Shown: piece by piece, positions 36,896 through 48,115 of the stretch
Numbering within the stretch: position 1 is the first letter of the stretch
How the letters are laid out: every line of letters starts with the position of its first letter
Source of the DNA: Escherichia coli
GTDB lineage: Bacteria; Pseudomonadota; Gammaproteobacteria; Enterobacterales; Enterobacteriaceae
Length of the DNA: 64,000 nt
NCBI RefSeq assembly: GCF_051903065.1
Contig: NZ_CP178438.1
Strand: one strand, 5' to 3'
The notes under the pieces: model-generated
What the model was told of the DNA's origin: nothing
Database searches by the model: none
The model's input: only the letters and a program-made list of their open reading frames with translations
Program-made: the position numbers and the translations under genes

Positions 36896-37156
36896 CTGCA
36901 TGCATGTCTACGATGTGACGAGCGTTACCCACTCGCGCTTAACTCGAAAAATTCAAACGCTAATTGTCTTACCAATCCGCTCTGGAAACAAGGAAAATCC
37001 TGGAAAACTTTGACTAAAATCCTATTGCTAACTCGTTGTTATTCTGATTGTTTATATAAAACAACGGCAGGAATATTCGCAACAAATTACTTTCGCCACG
37101 AATCCTCACTGCCGTTATAATTTTCTTATCAACCGTTACATCCGGTCAGATTTTCA

Positions 37157-38050
37157 TTATTCGCTTAACAGCTTCTCAATCCCTTTACGGAACTTCGCCC
37201 CTTCTTTCAGGTTGCGCAGTCCATACTTCACAAACGCCTGCATATAGCCCATTTTTTTACCGCAGTCGTAGCTTTCACCAGTCATCAGCATTGCATCAAC
37301 GGACTGTTTTTTCGCCAGTTCAGCAATGGCATCAGTCAGCTGAATACGCCCCCATGCACCAGGTTGAGTGCGTTCAAGTTCCGGCCAAATATCGGCAGAA
37401 AGCACATAGCGACCAACGGCCATGATGTCTGAGTCCAGCGTTTGTGGCTGATCCGGTTTTTCGATGAATTCAACAATGCGGCTGACTTTGCCTTCACGGT
37501 CCAGCGGTTCTTTGGTCTGAATGACGGAGTATTCAGAGAGGTCACCCGGCATACGTTTTGCCAGCACCTGGCTACGGCCCGTTTCATTGAAGCGCGCAAT
37601 CATGGCAGCAAGGTTGTAGCGCAGCGGGTCGGCGCTGGCGTCGTCGATCACTACGTCTGGCAGTACCACGACAAATGGGTTGTCGCCAATGGCGGGTCGT
37701 GCACATAAAATGGAGTGGCCTAAACCTAAAGGTTCGCCCTGACGCACGTTCATAATGGTCACGCCAGGCGGACAGATAGACTGCACTTCCGCCAGCAGTT
37801 GACGCTTCACGCGCTGTTCAAGGAGAGATTCTAATTCATAAGAGGTGTCGAAGTGGTTTTCGACCGCGTTCTTGGACGCGTGAGTTACCAGGAGGATTTC
37901 TTTGATCCCTGCAGCCACAATCTCGTCAACAATGTACTGAATCATTGGCTTGTCGACGATCGGTAGCATCTCTTTGGGTATCGCCTTAGTGGCTGGCAAC
38001 ATATGCATCCCAAGACCCGCTACCGGTATAACTGCTTTTAAATTCGTCAT
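37157..38050 (-). CDS. galF: UTP--glucose-1-phosphate uridylyltransferase paralogue GalF
   Basis: 297 aa, [43 protein letters not shown]... Confidence 0.95.
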   Translation of the reverse strand: MTNLKAVIPVAGLGMHMLPATKAIPKEMLPIVDKPMIQYIVDEIVAAGIKEILLVTHASKNAVENHFDTSYELESLLEQRVKRQLLAEVQSICPPGVTIMNVRQGEPLGLGHSILCARPAIGDNPFVVVLPDVVIDDASADPLRYNLAAMIARFNETGRSQVLAKRMPGDLSEYSVIQTKEPLDREGKVSRIVEFIEKPDQPQTLDSDIMAVGRYVLSADIWPELERTQPGAWGRIQLTDAIAELAKKQSVDAMLMTGESYDCGKKMGYMQAFVKYGLRNLKEGAKFRKGIEKLLSE

Positions 38051-38292
38051 TATTTTCCTACCTCTAAGTGGCTGATAGTGCGTAAATTATTGCCATAGAT
38101 TAGCCAAACGGTATGGCTATATACCAAAGCTTAGTTCCGCATAACTTTGATTAAACCTTGCGATAACACTACACACCATCAGCATCTGGGTTACTCGGAT
38201 TACTCGGAATTCCGCATACTGATAATTTAATCAGTACCTCTTTCCGAATAATCGTAGTCCAACCTGGTCCTTTTTTCTCTGACTCTTCTGCA

Positions 38293-39288
38293 TTACTCAG
38301 AAACAAACGTTATGTCGTCTTTTTTGGCATGGACGAATTCATACTGCAGAGTTCGATCCAGACCTTGCGACAGCGTATACGGTGCCACAAAACCTGAAGA
38401 ATGCACTTTCGTTGCGTCAAACTGTGTTGTTGCGCAGAATTTTTTCACGCGCACTGAGCTGACAGCGTATTTTTTGCCCGTAATTTTGCTCAGGATATCA
38501 AAGCAATATCCACCCAGCATTCCTAGTGGGTAAGGCAAGTGCATAGAAGGGATCTTTTTGTTCAGGCTTTGTTCAACTTCAGCAACCAACTGGTTCATGT
38601 TCAAGTCTGGCTTATCAACGTAGTTATAAACCTCATAACCTGCGGCAACATTCTTCAGTTTGTACTTGATAAACTCAACAATGTTTCCAACATACGCCAT
38701 GGACTTATAGTTAGTCCCTGCCCCCACCATCATAAACTTACCGCCAGCGATCTGTTTCAGCAAGTTATAGACGTTACCGCGGTTGCGTTCACCGAAGATA
38801 ACGGTAGGACGGATGATGGTTAATGAACGTTCTGTTGGTGCTTTGTTATACCATTCACGCAGCACTTCCTCTGCCTGCCACTTACTTTTGCCGTAGTGGT
38901 TGAAAGGATCGTGTGGATGGTTTTCGTCAGGGTTGTGTTTGTTCAAACCATAAACAGCAACGGAACTGGTAAAGATGATATTTTTAACGCCTTTTTTTTC
39001 CATGGCCGCCAACACATTGCGGGTACCCTGAACGTTGACATCATAATAGAGAGAAGTAGGGCTGACGTCATCGCGGTGTTCCGCTGCAAGTAGTACAACA
39101 GTGTCAAAACCGGCTAACGCCTGGTCGAGTGCCTGTTGATCACGAACATCGCCAATCTGTGTGATTTCTGGATAAAAGTGGCTCTGCTGTTTGTCCAGGT
39201 TCTTGATATTAAAGTCAGCAATTGCCGTTTCAAGTAGTCGGGTTCCTACGAATCCGGAAGCTCCTATGAGCAAAACGTTATCGTTCAT
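38293..39288 (-). CDS. gne: NAD-dependent sugar epimerase (UDP-GlcNAc/GalNAc 4-epimerase Gne-like)
   Basis: 331 aa, MNDNVLLIGASGFVGTRLL... with Y..K (YGKSK); sits between galF and wcaM, where K-12 has no gene; resembles the Z3206-type gne location remembered from O55/O157. Confidence 0.6.
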   Translation of the reverse strand: MNDNVLLIGASGFVGTRLLETAIADFNIKNLDKQQSHFYPEITQIGDVRDQQALDQALAGFDTVVLLAAEHRDDVSPTSLYYDVNVQGTRNVLAAMEKKGVKNIIFTSSVAVYGLNKHNPDENHPHDPFNHYGKSKWQAEEVLREWYNKAPTERSLTIIRPTVIFGERNRGNVYNLLKQIAGGKFMMVGAGTNYKSMAYVGNIVEFIKYKLKNVAAGYEVYNYVDKPDLNMNQLVAEVEQSLNKKIPSMHLPYPLGMLGGYCFDILSKITGKKYAVSSVRVKKFCATTQFDATKVHSSGFVAPYTLSQGLDRTLQYEFVHAKKDDITFVSE

Positions 39289-39445
39289 AAATCACTTTAG
39301 TCTGGTTGTTACGTAAGAAACACAAGATAAAGATGAGTACCTTCCCTGAGTAGTCAATGCTGCCCAGCCCCAGCTTTAACAGTTAGTGTGAGGATTATAA
39401 TCTTTTAGAACATTATATCCAGTAAGTTTATGAATGGTCGCAAAT

Positions 39446-40840
39446 CTACTCCCTCCGTTCCGGCAATCTAAAGTTAATCTTTTCCACATTAATAATATGG
39501 TGATTAACTCTGTCGATATCGACGGAGCTTTGCCCTTTTTCATTCACCGCATGAACATTTGCAAGAGATAGCAGTGTTTCTTTTTTCGCCATAAAGACGC
39601 CGCGAACGTCTTTGCGCATGTCAAAGTTCATGCTCAATGCGGGTCCAACAGAGGATTCCTGCATCACCTTGATATTACGCATAAAAAGATGTTGCGGTTT
39701 ATTGTGTAGCTCAAGCGACGCACGCTTCATCTCAATGTTAGTCAGTGCCACAAAGGAGACGGCATTCCCGGCGGAGATTTGGATGCCGCGCAATTTATAA
39801 GCAAGATGGGTGTTATCCAGTTGAATATTATTCACTCGGAAATTTTGCGGTATCGAGAGATATTTGCCTTTAATTACCCCATAGCCGATTAACATCCCGG
39901 CGCTATTAATCATTTCAATATTATCAATCACAAAATTGTCACAACCGTAAATAGCGACCGTCGCGTTATCAATACCTGCTTTCTTACTGAAATCCGGCGT
40001 GATATTGCGGGCTTTGATATTACGAATAACAAAATGTTTACCATTTTCAACATGGATCAACTGCCGACAATCCGATCCCGTGATATTCGCCACGACAAAG
40101 TTTTTCACTGCCTGATCTTCTGGGTAATTATTATCGTAAGTGCTTCCCGCAAGGCCTATGCCGATGCCCCAGTTGATTTTGCCGTTAGTACAGTTGATGC
40201 GCTCGATGACATGGTCGGAGATCAAAATATCACTGTCGTTAATTGCCACGTTCCATTCAATGGCGTCGCCCTGTAAGTCGCTGAACTTACAATTGGTGAT
40301 GTTGGCACCGATAATCTGGTTATGAAATCCCTGGCGTAAGATGGCGTAATTAGCGTGGCTAACGGTCAGGTTATCGATGGTCAGGTTGCGCATGACCCGT
40401 TTGTTTTTGCCGCCGATATAAATCTGCGTTACCGGACCAAAGCCGCTCATCGCCAGCCCTTTGATGGTGCAGTCAGAGCCACGCACATCCAGGGTGATGT
40501 TATGCATACTGCCGCCCTCCTCCCCTGTCACCTGGCTGCCGTCCTGTAAGACAAATCGCCCTCTGCCGTTGCCGCGCAGGCTTCCAAGGATGTGTAAAAT
40601 TTTACCGGGAGGGATAAAGATGCCGGTGTTGATATTGTCACAAACCAATCCGCCAGGCACGACGACCGTATGCCCTTCGCTGAAGGCTTGTTTAAATGAG
40701 GCGATCCAGTCGTGAGGGTTGTAGTCGTTAATGTTAACGCTTTGTCGGGCGGGAAGTGCGCGAGCAAAAGGGGTATGGAGGAAGGCAAGCGCGGAGCTTG
40801 CCGTCAGGAAGGTGCGTCGGGAGAGTTTTTTAAATGGCAT
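39446..40840 (-). CDS. wcaM: Colanic acid biosynthesis protein WcaM (Tat signal)
   Basis: 464 aa, [28 protein letters not shown]... Confidence 0.9.
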   Translation of the reverse strand: MPFKKLSRRTFLTASSALAFLHTPFARALPARQSVNINDYNPHDWIASFKQAFSEGHTVVVPGGLVCDNINTGIFIPPGKILHILGSLRGNGRGRFVLQDGSQVTGEEGGSMHNITLDVRGSDCTIKGLAMSGFGPVTQIYIGGKNKRVMRNLTIDNLTVSHANYAILRQGFHNQIIGANITNCKFSDLQGDAIEWNVAINDSDILISDHVIERINCTNGKINWGIGIGLAGSTYDNNYPEDQAVKNFVVANITGSDCRQLIHVENGKHFVIRNIKARNITPDFSKKAGIDNATVAIYGCDNFVIDNIEMINSAGMLIGYGVIKGKYLSIPQNFRVNNIQLDNTHLAYKLRGIQISAGNAVSFVALTNIEMKRASLELHNKPQHLFMRNIKVMQESSVGPALSMNFDMRKDVRGVFMAKKETLLSLANVHAVNEKGQSSVDIDRVNHHIINVEKINFRLPERRE

Positions 40841-40850
40841 GCGTTCTCCT

Positions 40851-42071
40851 CTATAAAGCCTGCAGCAAGCTGGCGAGTTCTCGATTAATCACCTGCTGGT
40901 TAAAATCGTGTTCGACTTTTTCGCGCGCACGTTTGACAACCGGAGCCAGTTCGTCGGTGTCCAGTTGGCTAAACGCAGCCAGTCGTTGCGCCAGTGCGCG
41001 AGCATCGTTCTCAGGCACCAGCCAGCCGGATTTATCGGCCTCCACCAGTTCAGGAATTCCGCTATGCAGAGTTGAAACCACCGGAATACCGACCGCCATC
41101 GCTTCCATTAGCGCCACCGGAATACCTTCCATATCGCCATCCGCGCCCGTTACCGATGGCAACAGGAAGACATCCGCGTCGTCGAGCATCGCTTTCACTT
41201 CGTGGCTCGGTTTAAAGCCCGGCATCTCCACCACATCTTCCAGTTGATATTGTTCGATGAGGGTGCGCAGGCGTCGTTCCCACGGGCCAATGCCGAGGAT
41301 GCGATAGCGAAATGCCACGCCCTGCTCTTTCAACTGACGGCAGGCTTCGATCGCCACATGCAGGCCTTTTTTCTCGGTTAAGCGTGCGACGGAAATGATT
41401 TCCAGCGGCGTTGCAGGCGCTTTCACCGGACGCGGGCTAAAGCGCGTCATGTCCACGCCCATGCGCGATACGGCGATTTTTTCCCTCGGGCAGCCCATTT
41501 TTTGCAGCCTTCCGGCCCACAAATCGCTTATCGGTAACATCAGGTCGCCACGGCGGAACAGTTGTTGATATTCGGGAGTGTAGTGGTTGAGCACTTCCCG
41601 ACTGGAGATATCAATACCGTGGAAGATGGTGGCAATTTTGCCGCGAATGACACCCAGTTCGCGTAGTTTTGCTGCGGTTACCCCCGCAGGGCCAAAATGA
41701 GCGATAAAGACATCAGCATGAAATGGTGTTGCGACCTGACCGCAAATGGCAGACAAAATCAGGTTCCGCGACTCGGCACCATAGCGTTTGAGGTTGAACG
41801 CCTGCCAGGTATTTTTACGATGAATGCCACGTAACGTCTGGCTGGCGCGGTGGCGCAGTTTCGCCACTTTGCCCGTAGGTTCGTCCTGTAACCAGCGGGT
41901 TCTGGCGGCAAGGTTGTATTTCGTCCATGCCGCGTGGGTGTTCTGGGTGTCGCCTTTTTGCAGCGCGACAATCTCCACCTCAAAGCCCATATCAATAAAC
42001 GCGGTAATTTGATTGAGGACGAAGGTTTCCGACGACAACGGAAATTTCAGTAAAAAGAAGCCGACCTTCAT
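40851..42071 (-). CDS. wcaL: Colanic acid glycosyltransferase (GT4)
   Basis: 406 aa. Confidence 0.9.
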   Translation of the reverse strand: MKVGFFLLKFPLSSETFVLNQITAFIDMGFEVEIVALQKGDTQNTHAAWTKYNLAARTRWLQDEPTGKVAKLRHRASQTLRGIHRKNTWQAFNLKRYGAESRNLILSAICGQVATPFHADVFIAHFGPAGVTAAKLRELGVIRGKIATIFHGIDISSREVLNHYTPEYQQLFRRGDLMLPISDLWAGRLQKMGCPREKIAVSRMGVDMTRFSPRPVKAPATPLEIISVARLTEKKGLHVAIEACRQLKEQGVAFRYRILGIGPWERRLRTLIEQYQLEDVVEMPGFKPSHEVKAMLDDADVFLLPSVTGADGDMEGIPVALMEAMAVGIPVVSTLHSGIPELVEADKSGWLVPENDARALAQRLAAFSQLDTDELAPVVKRAREKVEHDFNQQVINRELASLLQAL

Positions 42072-43348
42072 TTCACCTCCCCGATGCGTTCAAGCACAGA
42101 TTGCACCATCTGCATTCCTGTATAACGCTCACGACTGACAGCTTCATTAAGTCGTGCGTTCAGCGCCGGAAGTTGACCTAAGGTATCCGCAACCATCGCT
42201 TGCAGGCTACCGTCCAGTAAATGACGGATATCAATTGCCATCTCTGGCAGCCCCAGCTGCTGCATGATCCCGGCGGATTTATGTTCATAGTTGATGGCAA
42301 TCGCCGGAGTAGCAAAGTTCATTGAGATAATGGCTGAGTGCAGGCGCGTACCGACGGTGAGTTCACAGGCACCGAGAATTTTGCCCATTTCCAGATCGTT
42401 GAGTTCATCCATCACTACGTGGTAACGGGCAGGATCGCTGATGTGCTGGCGAAGATTGAGCGCCACCATGCGGTCGTCTTTGTTATAGCTGTCGATGCCC
42501 GTACAGGTGGAGAGCGCAATCACCTGATAGCCTTCGTCGAGAATGCGATTGACCACCCCGGCAAAGGCTTTTTCATACGCTTGTTGAGTGGTGCCGAGAC
42601 GTTTGTCGAACGGTGCCAGTTCGCGCAGGGTAATGGCCACCGTTTTCTGTTGTGCGGCAACGTCCAGCCAGTGTTGAACGGCATAGCTGGCAGTGAAGTC
42701 TTCGGTGTGGTGATCGACCAGCCACGCGGTATCGACGCCATGTTCCACTTTTGCGGTAGTGATATTGCTGCGTTTCATCAGATCAAGACTGACCGATTCG
42801 CGCAGGATCAGCGCGTCACAGTGACCAAAAACGTAGTTCGCCAGTTGGTTAAATTGCTCATCCTGGAAGGGACCGACGCTGTGACCAATCATAAACAGCG
42901 GCTTTTTCGCCATAAACGTGCAAAGCGCATGTTCAAACTGCGGCACGCCGTAGAGATCGACAAAAAACGATCCGCCGACCTGAATAATGGCGTCGTAACC
43001 TGACAGCAGGCGCACGAAGTCGGTGAATCCCTGGGCGATGGCGATATTACGCAGCTTGCCAGTGTCGGTGACGCGTGAGAGCAGTACCTGATGCTGGTAG
43101 CGGCGACGGAGGACTTTTTTAACGCGCCCGACAACGCCCGCCGCGCTGTTGTGTTGTTTCATTTGCAGGAACAGCGGATCGCCCATTACCGGGCGGTTGA
43201 GCAGCCAGGAAGAACTGACCGGATAGCGGCTCATCACGTCCACTTCGGCATGTGGATTGAGGATGTTGATGGCATCAAGTAAGCCGCGCAAGATGGCGCT
43301 GTCGCCACGATTGCCGCAAGTGTGGTTGCCCAGAATAAGTAATTTCAT
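42068..43348 (-). CDS. wcaK: Colanic acid pyruvyl transferase
   Basis: 426 aa, MKLLILGNHTCGNRGDSAIL... Confidence 0.9.
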   Translation of the reverse strand: MKLLILGNHTCGNRGDSAILRGLLDAINILNPHAEVDVMSRYPVSSSWLLNRPVMGDPLFLQMKQHNSAAGVVGRVKKVLRRRYQHQVLLSRVTDTGKLRNIAIAQGFTDFVRLLSGYDAIIQVGGSFFVDLYGVPQFEHALCTFMAKKPLFMIGHSVGPFQDEQFNQLANYVFGHCDALILRESVSLDLMKRSNITTAKVEHGVDTAWLVDHHTEDFTASYAVQHWLDVAAQQKTVAITLRELAPFDKRLGTTQQAYEKAFAGVVNRILDEGYQVIALSTCTGIDSYNKDDRMVALNLRQHISDPARYHVVMDELNDLEMGKILGACELTVGTRLHSAIISMNFATPAIAINYEHKSAGIMQQLGLPEMAIDIRHLLDGSLQAMVADTLGQLPALNARLNEAVSRERYTGMQMVQSVLERIGEVK

Positions 43349-43409
43349 TTTTTCCTCATAAATTTGATGCCAGGTGAGGCTGTGTTTGTTGTGTTCGTTG
43401 CCGTTTTTT

Positions 43410-43597
43410 GCCTGATGCGACGCTGGCGCGTCTTATCAGGCCTACAAGACCCGAGCACAGAACCGTAGGCCGGATAAGGCGTTCACGCCGCATCCGGCAT
43501 TCAGTGCCTGATGCGACGCTGACGCGTCTTATCAGGCCTACAGGTCCCGAGCACAGAACCGTAGGATGGATAAGGCGTTTTACGCTGCACCCGGCAA
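43410..43597. repeat. REP/BIME cluster (about 4 units) between wcaK and wzxC
   Basis: Repeated GCCTGATGCGACGCTGGCGCGTCTTATCAGGCCTACA... / ...GGATAAGGCGTTCACGCCGCATCCGGCA units. Confidence 0.8.
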
Positions 43598-43623
43598 CCG
43601 TTGTCGGAGCCTAAAACAACCAT

Positions 43624-45102
43624 TCACCCCGCCCGTAAAAGCATTTTCATTTTTTCGCTGCGACAAAACTGACGCTTCACTTCCACCACCAGCGGATGGC
43701 GCGACAGCACAATCATCACCACAAACGCCAGCACGCCCGCGGCTATTTGCACCGCCAGCAGCATCCCCAGCGCCAGTTGCCCTTTCAGCACAATGCCCAG
43801 CACATAACTGACCACCAGCGTCGGCAGCGAGAGATAAAACGGCAGCCACAAACTCAGGATGTACTGGCGATAACTGGAACCGAGCACCGGTTTAATCATC
43901 ACGAAATAGCTCAGAATGGTGTTGATAATCTGCACCAGCAGGAAGCCAAGCGTGACGCCGATTGCGCCAGCCATCTGCCCACCAATAACAATCGCCGGAA
44001 TAAACAGAAATGTTTTGAATACGTTGAATTTAAAGCTGATATCGACCCGCGCTTTCGCCATCAGCAGCGAACCAATCGGGTTACCCACTGAGCGCAGTAG
44101 CCCCACCACACACAGCAATTGCAGCACCGGAATAATGCTGTTCCACTTTTCGCCAAATACCAGCGGTACAAAGTTATTCGACACCACCATTAGCCCCAGC
44201 AGCGCCGGAAAGTTAATAATCCCCACCACCGAAAGCAGCTTGTAGAAGTTAATGCGCAGCTTTTCGGTATCGTCCTGAATTTTGGCAAACGCCGGAAACA
44301 ACACCCGGGTGATGATCGGGTTCAGCTTCATCGGCGGTACAACGGCCACGTTGTACGCCAGGTTGTATCCCCCTGCCACGCCCGCGCCGAGAATACGCGC
44401 CAGCACCAGCGTTGAAAGGTTGGTGTTGAGATAGTTGATGATGCTGTCCGCCGTCAGCCAGGCACCAAAGCGTAAGTTCGGTGCCACCGACGCCAGCGAG
44501 AAATGCAGACCGGGGCGATAAATTTTGCGGCCAAAGTAGCCAAACAGCAGCGTTCTCACCGCACTATTGACCAGATAACCGAGGATCGCGGTCATCGCCA
44601 GCGGCCAGAAATGGGCGCTAACCACCGTAAAAGTGAAGCCCGCCAGTACCGCGCTGGTTTCGATCATGCCGATTTTGTTGAACTCCAGCTCCTTTTGCAT
44701 CAACGCGCGGAACTGCTGCCCGTGGGGGATCACCACAAACGCCAGCGACAATGTTTTAATCAACGGTGCCAGGTCCGGGTTGTTCAGCACGTCACCAATG
44801 AGATCACTCAACAAAAACACCGCCACGCACACCACAAGCCCCAGCCCAACGTTCAGCCAGTACAGCGTGGTGAGTTCAAGGTGGCTGATTTCTTTTCGCT
44901 GAATAATCGAGTTAGCAATACCGAAGTCAGAAAGCGTATCTGCCAGCGCGATGATCACCAGCGACACGGTAAGCAAACCGAACTGGTGGTTGTCGATGAT
45001 CCGCGCCAGCACGGTCATCTGCACCAGCCCGAGACCGATGATGATCACCGTGGCAATCGCCGACCACTTCGCGCCGCTGATGGTTTTTTCACGTAAGCTC
45101 AT
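43624..45102 (-). CDS. wzxC: Colanic acid repeat-unit flippase
   Basis: 492-aa polytopic MOP-family protein. Confidence 0.9.
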   Translation of the reverse strand: MSLREKTISGAKWSAIATVIIIGLGLVQMTVLARIIDNHQFGLLTVSLVIIALADTLSDFGIANSIIQRKEISHLELTTLYWLNVGLGLVVCVAVFLLSDLIGDVLNNPDLAPLIKTLSLAFVVIPHGQQFRALMQKELEFNKIGMIETSAVLAGFTFTVVSAHFWPLAMTAILGYLVNSAVRTLLFGYFGRKIYRPGLHFSLASVAPNLRFGAWLTADSIINYLNTNLSTLVLARILGAGVAGGYNLAYNVAVVPPMKLNPIITRVLFPAFAKIQDDTEKLRINFYKLLSVVGIINFPALLGLMVVSNNFVPLVFGEKWNSIIPVLQLLCVVGLLRSVGNPIGSLLMAKARVDISFKFNVFKTFLFIPAIVIGGQMAGAIGVTLGFLLVQIINTILSYFVMIKPVLGSSYRQYILSLWLPFYLSLPTLVVSYVLGIVLKGQLALGMLLAVQIAAGVLAFVVMIVLSRHPLVVEVKRQFCRSEKMKMLLRAG

Positions 45103-45103
45103 A

Positions 45104-46498
45104 TCAATATGCCGCTTTGTTAACGAAACCTTTGAACACCGTCAGGAAAACGATTTTGATATCGAACCAGACGCTCCATTCGCGGATGTACTCAAGGTCG
45201 AACTCGACGCGTTTTTCCATTTTCTCCAGCGTGTCGGTTTCGCCACGCCAGCCGTTAATCTGCGCCCAGCCGGTAATGCCCGGTTTCACTTTATGGCGCA
45301 GCATGTAGCCTTCAATGAGCTGGCGATACTGTTCGTTATGCGCCACCGCGTGCGGACGCGGGCCAACAATCGACATCCCCCCGGTCAGCACATTGATAAA
45401 CTGCGGCAATTCATCCAGCGAGGTGCGGCGCAGAAAGTTCCCCACTTTGGTGACGCGCGGATCGTTCTGCGTCGCCTGAGTCACCACTTTGTCGTTCTCC
45501 ATCACTTTCATGGAACGGAACTTCCACACTTTGATCGGCTTGCCATCCATGCCGTAGCGAGTCTGGCGGAAAATAACCGGCCCAGGTGAACTGAGTTTCA
45601 CCGCCAGCGCAATGCAGCACAGCACCGGGGAGATCAGCAGCAGGATAAGCGTCGCCAGCACAATGTCTTCCGCACGTTTTAGCAAGCGGTTAACCCCGGA
45701 AAGTGGCGTGTCATACAGCGGCACCACCGGAACGCCGTTCATCTCTTCGAGACGTGAATGGAGAATGTTGAAGGTAAAGACGTCGGGGATCAGCAGCACC
45801 GAACAGGTAGTGTCCGCCAATTGATGGACCAGTTTTTTCACTCGCGCGCCGTCGCACATTTGCATCGCGATATAGACGTTATGAATCTTGCCTGCTTTAG
45901 CATCCTCGACCAGCTGTTGCAGGTTACCCGCCCAGTCGTTAGAAACGCCGCCCGGTTTCGGGTCGTGGTAAACGCCCACCACTTCAAACCCTAACCACGG
46001 CTGGTTACGGAAGCTCTCCATCAGCATTTGCCCGGCGGCTAAATCCCCCGCCACCGCGACCATGCGCTTGTTATAGCCATGATTACGCAGCCAGCCCGCC
46101 CCAATGCGAATACACGAACGGCAAACCACCAGTCCGATGCTGGTCAGCCCATACCACGCCAGCCAGATTTTCAGTTGCGTGTCGAAATCATTGTTGAACG
46201 CCACCAGTCCGGCGCTGAAAATCACGCTTAAGGTCCAGTTTTGTAGCAGCAGGGCAAATTCTGTCGCTGCCCGAACACCGCGCCATGAGCGATAAAAATC
46301 GGTGATGCCGCCCAGCATCTGGAACACCACCAGCGTAATCAGCGCCACCAACAGGTGCATGTAGAGGAATGACAGTCCGCTCACTTCGCAAACCAGCCAT
46401 AGTCCGGCAAACATGATGGTGATATCTGAAAAGCGTTGCACCATAGAGATTAACGATGCATTGGTTTTCGCTCGCTCGCGCTTTTTTAGATTTGTCAT
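45104..46498 (-). CDS. wcaJ: UDP-glucose:undecaprenyl-phosphate glucose-1-phosphate transferase
   Basis: 464 aa, N-terminal TM region plus C-terminal sugar-transferase domain. Confidence 0.9.
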   Translation of the reverse strand: MTNLKKRERAKTNASLISMVQRFSDITIMFAGLWLVCEVSGLSFLYMHLLVALITLVVFQMLGGITDFYRSWRGVRAATEFALLLQNWTLSVIFSAGLVAFNNDFDTQLKIWLAWYGLTSIGLVVCRSCIRIGAGWLRNHGYNKRMVAVAGDLAAGQMLMESFRNQPWLGFEVVGVYHDPKPGGVSNDWAGNLQQLVEDAKAGKIHNVYIAMQMCDGARVKKLVHQLADTTCSVLLIPDVFTFNILHSRLEEMNGVPVVPLYDTPLSGVNRLLKRAEDIVLATLILLLISPVLCCIALAVKLSSPGPVIFRQTRYGMDGKPIKVWKFRSMKVMENDKVVTQATQNDPRVTKVGNFLRRTSLDELPQFINVLTGGMSIVGPRPHAVAHNEQYRQLIEGYMLRHKVKPGITGWAQINGWRGETDTLEKMEKRVEFDLEYIREWSVWFDIKIVFLTVFKGFVNKAAY

Positions 46499-46552
46499 CG
46501 TTGTTCCTGTTATTAGCCCCTTACCCGCAATGGGGTAAGGGAAGATCCGACA

Positions 46553-47923
46553 TTACTCGTTCAGCAACGCCAGCAGAGTTCGCGTTCGCGCTTCCATCAG
46601 CGGCACATCACCGCGTGATTCCACATTCAACCGCACCACCGGTTCGGTGTTGGAGGAGCGCAGGTTAAAGCGCCAGTCGGCAAAGGTCATGCTGATGCCA
46701 TCGGTGCGATCCACCGCCAGCGCCTCACGGCTAAAATGCTGTTCCACGCGGTTAATCGCCTCAACGGGTTGCGCCAGTTTGCTGTTGATCTCACCGCTTG
46801 CCGGAAACGCAGCCATCCGGTCGCGTACCAGTTCGCCCAGCGTTTTCTCTTTCAGGCATACCAGTTCGGCTACCAGCAACCACGGGATCATGCCGCTGTC
46901 GCAGTAAGCGAAATCACGGAAGTAATGGTGGGCGCTCATTTCGCCACCGTAGATGGCGTCTTCCTTGCGCATCCGTTCTTTAATAAAGGCGTGTCCGGTT
47001 TTCGACATTACCGGGGTGCCACCTGCGGCAGTCACCACATCAACGGTGTTCCAGGAGAGACGTGGATCGTGGATGATCTTCGCGCCGGGATTTTTTTCGA
47101 GGAATGCTTCTGCCAGCAGGCCGACAATGTAATAGCCCTCGATAAACTGCCCTTTTTCGTCAAACAGGAAACAGCGGTCAAAATCGCCATCAAAGGCAAT
47201 GCCCATATCCGCGCCGTGTTTGATGACCGCATTGCGGGTGTCGTCGCGGCATTCCGGCAGTAGCGGGTTAGGAATACCGTTGGGGAAATTGCCGTCCGGC
47301 GTGTTGTGTACTTTGATTAATTCCACCGGTGCGCCGAGGGCTTTAAATCGGGCTTCGATGGCGTCCACCACCGGCCCCGCTGCGCCGTTCCCGGAGTTGA
47401 TCACCAGCTTGAGCGGCGTGAGGTTTTTGACATTGATATAACCGAACAGGTGATCAACGTAAGCGTCACGCAGGTTGATTTGCTGATAGCGACCGCGTTT
47501 GGTTTCATCGACGGGAGGAAAGTCGTTGGCTTCAGCCAGGCGCTGGACATCGCGCAGTCCGGTATCACCGCTGATCGGGCGAGCCCCTTCGCGCACCAGT
47601 TTCATGCCGTTATAATCCATCGGGTTATGGCTGGCGGTAACTTCGATGCCGCCATCCACGCCGAGATGGAACGTGGCGAAATAAATCTCTTCGGTGCCGG
47701 ACATGCCAATATCCAGCACATCGACGCCCGCATCCTGTAAACCTTTCGCCAGCGCCAGTTTTAAGGTTTCGCTGGTGAGGCGGACATCGCCGCCTAAAAC
47801 AATGGTTTTCGGTTTAAGAAATTCGCCATAGGCGCGACCAATACGCCAGGCAATATCTTCATTCAGTTCTTCGCCTAATTTCCCGCGAATATCATAGGCT
47901 TTAAAGCAAGTTAATTTTTTCAT
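46553..47923 (-). CDS. cpsG: Phosphomannomutase
   Basis: Internal ATG gives [29 protein letters not shown]...; phosphohexomutase motifs. Confidence 0.9.
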   Translation of the reverse strand: MKKLTCFKAYDIRGKLGEELNEDIAWRIGRAYGEFLKPKTIVLGGDVRLTSETLKLALAKGLQDAGVDVLDIGMSGTEEIYFATFHLGVDGGIEVTASHNPMDYNGMKLVREGARPISGDTGLRDVQRLAEANDFPPVDETKRGRYQQINLRDAYVDHLFGYINVKNLTPLKLVINSGNGAAGPVVDAIEARFKALGAPVELIKVHNTPDGNFPNGIPNPLLPECRDDTRNAVIKHGADMGIAFDGDFDRCFLFDEKGQFIEGYYIVGLLAEAFLEKNPGAKIIHDPRLSWNTVDVVTAAGGTPVMSKTGHAFIKERMRKEDAIYGGEMSAHHYFRDFAYCDSGMIPWLLVAELVCLKEKTLGELVRDRMAAFPASGEINSKLAQPVEAINRVEQHFSREALAVDRTDGISMTFADWRFNLRSSNTEPVVRLNVESRGDVPLMEARTRTLLALLNE

Positions 47924-48012
47924 GTCGTTACCCTTTTTCAGGCAATAGTTGGCCCTGACCGAAGCGGCCAATTTTGTTTTTGTCGTTATTTACACCGCGG
48001 TTTCGCATTCAT

Positions 48013-48115
<103 letters not shown>

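Noticed and set aside
36848-37120. 90-aa plus-strand ORF between the O-antigen cluster and galF
   Set aside because: It overlaps the JUMPstart/ops leader of the minus-strand O-antigen operon and has no RBS or motif; it is more plausibly non-coding promoter and leader sequence.
43410-43597. Regularly spaced palindromic repeats considered as a possible CRISPR array
   Set aside because: The units are imperfect REP palindromes with no unique spacers of constant length and no nearby cas genes.
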